Positions 60,880 through 64,000 of a DNA stretch of 64,000 nt are shown here, in pieces. The stretch covers positions 620,001-684,000 of the forward strand of contig NW_026782224.1 of the NCBI RefSeq assembly GCF_031769215.1. The letters run 5' to 3'. The notes below the pieces were generated by a model that ran no database searches, had not been told where the DNA came from, and saw only the letters and a list, made by a program, of their open reading frames with translations. The stretch is from Ylistrum balloti. Lineage: Eukaryota. Position 1 is the first letter of the stretch; the number at the start of each line of letters is the position of its first letter. A program made the position numbers and the translations under genes.

Positions 60880-62310
60880 CAGGTGTACTTATGTCAGTTC
60901 AGACTTCCGACATCAGCCGAGAGGTAACCTAAAGTCAGGTCAGACCTCCGACATCAGTCGAGAGGTGTACTAATGTCAGTTCAGACCTCCGACGTCAGTC
61001 GATAGGTATACTAATGTCAGTTCTGACCTCCGACATCAGCCGAGAGGTGTGCCAATGTCAGTTCAGACCTCCGACATCAGTCGAGAGGTGTACTAATGTC
61101 AGTTCAGACCTCCGACGTCAGTCGATAGGTATACTAATGTCAGTTCAGACCTCCGACATCAGCCGAGAGGAGTACTAATGTCAGTTCAGACCTCCGACAT
61201 CAGTCGAGAGGTATACTAATGTCAGTTCAGACCTCCGACATCAGTCGAGAGGTAACCTAAAGTCAGTTCAGACCTCCGACATCAGCCGAGAGGTATACTA
61301 ATGTCAATTCAGACCTCCGACATCAGTCGAGAGGTATACTAATGTCAGTTCAGACCTCCGACATCAGTCGAGAGGTATACTAATGTCAGTTCAGACCTCC
61401 GACATCAGTCGAGAGGTAACCTAAAGTCAGTTCAGACCTCCGACATCAGCCGAGAGGTATACTAATGTCAGTTCAGACCTTCGACATCAGTCGAGAGGTA
61501 TACTAATGTCAGTTCAGACCTCCGACATCAGTCGAGAGGTGTACTAATGTCAGTTCAGACCTCCGACATCAGTCGAGAGGTGTGCCAATGTCAGTTCAGA
61601 CCTCCGACATCAGTCGAGAGTTAACCTAAAGTCAGTTCAGACCTCCGACATTAGTCGAGAGGTGTACTAATGTCAGTTCAGACCTCCTACATCAGTCGTG
61701 AGGTGTACTAATGTCAGGTCAGACCTCCGACGTCAGTCGAGAGGTATACTAATGTCAGTTCAGACCTTCGACATCAGTCGAGAGGTAACCTAAAGTCAGG
61801 TCAGACCTCCGACATCAGTCGAGAGGTGTACTAATGTCAGTTCAGACCTCCGACATCAGCCGAGAGATAAACTAATGTCAGGTCAGACCTCCGACATCAG
61901 CCGAGAGGTGTACCAATGTCAGTTCAGACCTCTGACATCAGTAGAAAGGTGTACTAATGTCAGTTCAGACCTCCGACGTCAGTCGAGAGGTGTACTAATG
62001 TCAGTTCAGACCTCCGACATCAGTCGAGAGGTATACTAAAGTCAGTTCAGACCTCCGACATCAGTCGAGAGGTATACTAATGTCAGTTCAGACCTCCGAC
62101 ATCAGTCGAGAGGTGTACTAATGTCAGTTCAGACCTCCGACATCAGTCAAGAGGTGTACTAATGTCAGTTCAGACCTCCGACATCAGTCGAGAGGTGCTC
62201 TAATGTCAGTTCAGACCTCCGACATCAGTCGAGAGGTGTACCAATGTCAGTTCAGATCTCCGACATCAGTCGAGAGGTAACCTTAAGTCAGTTCAGACCT
62301 CCGACATCGA
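60880..62310. repeat. 41-bp hairpin-containing minisatellite, ~35 copies, unrelated to the preceding 41-mer
   Basis: Unit GTCAGTTCAGACCTCCGACATCAGTCGAGAGGTATACTAAT; ACCTCCGAC pairs with GTCG(A)GAGGT around an ATCA loop. Confidence 0.98.
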
Positions 62311-63163
62311 GGTGAATTGCTGATGTGTCCCTGTTTATATATGACATCGTAACAACGTAGCAATACCTTGTGGCTGTTTAAATTGGAGAGAAAAATAAAG
62401 TAAAACCTCGTTACTCTATATATAGCATATGTAAACAAAGTAAAGAGATAATCCCGCTGCAAGAGCCAAGAAGCATATATTTATTTTAATATCCCCCGTA
62501 AAATTATGAAAACAGACTCACGAGGAATTGACTCTTGGCCGACGATATACTCCCGTTGCTCTTAAAACATGTTCGAAGGGATACAACTCGTGCAACTTAC
62601 GATGTATGGCCAGCGCTATTCCACATCAAATCGCAATCTCAAGGACTGGCGCAAAGGTTTTGGTTTCAACATAAAATGGATTTCGTCCAAGTAGGTTAGC
62701 TATAGGTAGCAGGCATTTTTGAGTCAGAGGCTAGCATGAATCTCGGTGATTGGCCGCCATGTCCTCTGTGTTTTGCTAGTCTGACACAAGAAGCACAGCC
62801 TTGACTTCACATTCTGAGATATTGTAATTCGTTTCACTCTGTAGCGATAAGCCTGACAGCTGATGGGATTTGAAAATGAGGTTTCAAGTGTGTCTCATTA
62901 ACTGATATGTAGGTTTTGATAAATTTCCTCTCACTGGCAACATACACTGATTTGTTGAAGTTGTCTGTCTCGAAAGGACAAGGGAATGTTCCCTAGAATC
63001 TCTACTTTGTCTCTGTTTATTTTGTTTGCTCGTAATCGTGATTGTCATACTATAATCCAAAACAGACGTGATATCAGGGTAAAAAACACACACCCCACAA
63101 AAAAAAAAAAAAACAACGAAAATCTAGTATATAAATATTTCAAATATTTTTACAGACACCTCT

Positions 63164-64000
63164 TCCAAACTTGTTAGAGGCCTTCCTAAGTGTAAATACT
63201 AACACCAAACTTGTCAGAGGCCTTCCTCAGTGTAAATACTTATACCAAACTTGTCAGAGGCCTTCCTCAGTGTAAATACTTATACCAAACTTGTCGGAGG
63301 CCTTCCTCAGCGTAAAGACTTATACCAAACTTGTCAGAGGCCTTCCTCAGTGTATAGACTTATACCAAACTTGTCGGAGGCCTTCCTCAGTGTAAAGACT
63401 TATACCAAACTTGTCAGAGGCCTTCCTCAGTGTAAAGACTTATACCAAACTTGTCGGAGGCCTTCCTCAGTGTAAATACTTACACCAAACTTGTTAGAGG
63501 CCTTCCTCAGTGTAAAGACTTATACCAAACTTGTCGGAGGCCTTCCTCAGTGTAAAGACTTATACCAAACTTGTCGGAGGCCTTCCTCAGTGTATAGACT
63601 TATACCAAACTTGTCGGAGGCCTCCCTCAGTGTAAAGACTTATACCAAACTTGTCGGAGGCCTCCCTCAGTGTAAAGACTGATACCAAACTTGTCAGAGG
63701 CCTTCCTCAGTGTAAATACTTACACCAAACTTGTCGGAGGCCTTCCTCAGTGTAAAGACTTACACCAAACTTGTCAGAGGCCTTCCTCAGTGTAAATACT
63801 TATGCCAAACTTGTCGGAGGCCTTCCTCAGTGTAAAAACTTATACCAAACTTGTCAGAGGCCTTCCTCAGTGTAAATACTTACACCAAACTTGTCAGAGG
63901 CCTTCCTCAGTGTAAATACTTATACCAAACTTGTCGGAGGCCTCCCTCAGTGTAAAGACTTATACCAAACTTGTCAGAGGCCTTCCTCAGTGTAAATACT
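63164..64000. repeat. 40-bp minisatellite, at least 21 copies, truncated by window end
   Basis: Unit ACCAAACTTGTCAGAGGCCTTCCTCAGTGTAAATACTTAT. Confidence 0.98.

Noticed and set aside
60880-62310. CRISPR array (also considered for the 26-, 28-, 33- and 54-bp arrays)
   Set aside because: Units are head-to-tail with no unique spacers, there are no cas genes, and the context is eukaryotic.

Overview
AT-rich eukaryotic (animal) genomic DNA, not prokaryotic. The transposon spectrum (Tc1 DD34E remnant, Penelope-like RT with FRYIDD, tRNA-derived SINE, MITEs) and the very high minisatellite load suggest a bivalve mollusc, possibly a scallop; this is inference. About a third of the window (~22 kb by my tally) is about 20 unrelated minisatellite arrays with 21-77 bp units, which explain most long ORFs in the track. 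There are two assembly gaps. One convincing protein-coding exon (49917-51683, +) encodes a single-pass membrane protein with an N-glycosylated N-terminus, a long disordered tail and a C-terminal PDZ-type motif; I cannot assign it to a family. The most striking structure is an 869-bp foldback element (48899-49767) about 150 bp upstream of that exon. It has CAC termini and an exact 5-bp target-site duplication (GTCAC), the signature of the Transib/RAG-like transposon superfamily, and each arm carries a YY1-like motif, an ETS motif and a splice donor. Other leads: a 3-kb array of consensus 5' splice sites in the putative intron of the same gene, an ATGA-overlapping uORF on its start codon, a 69-bp repeat ORF that reads like a glycosylated membrane mucin, a decayed hammerhead ribozyme, a minisatellite born from a MITE end, and several splice-flanked candidate exons on both strands. 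No CRISPR array, rRNA or bona fide tRNA was found.
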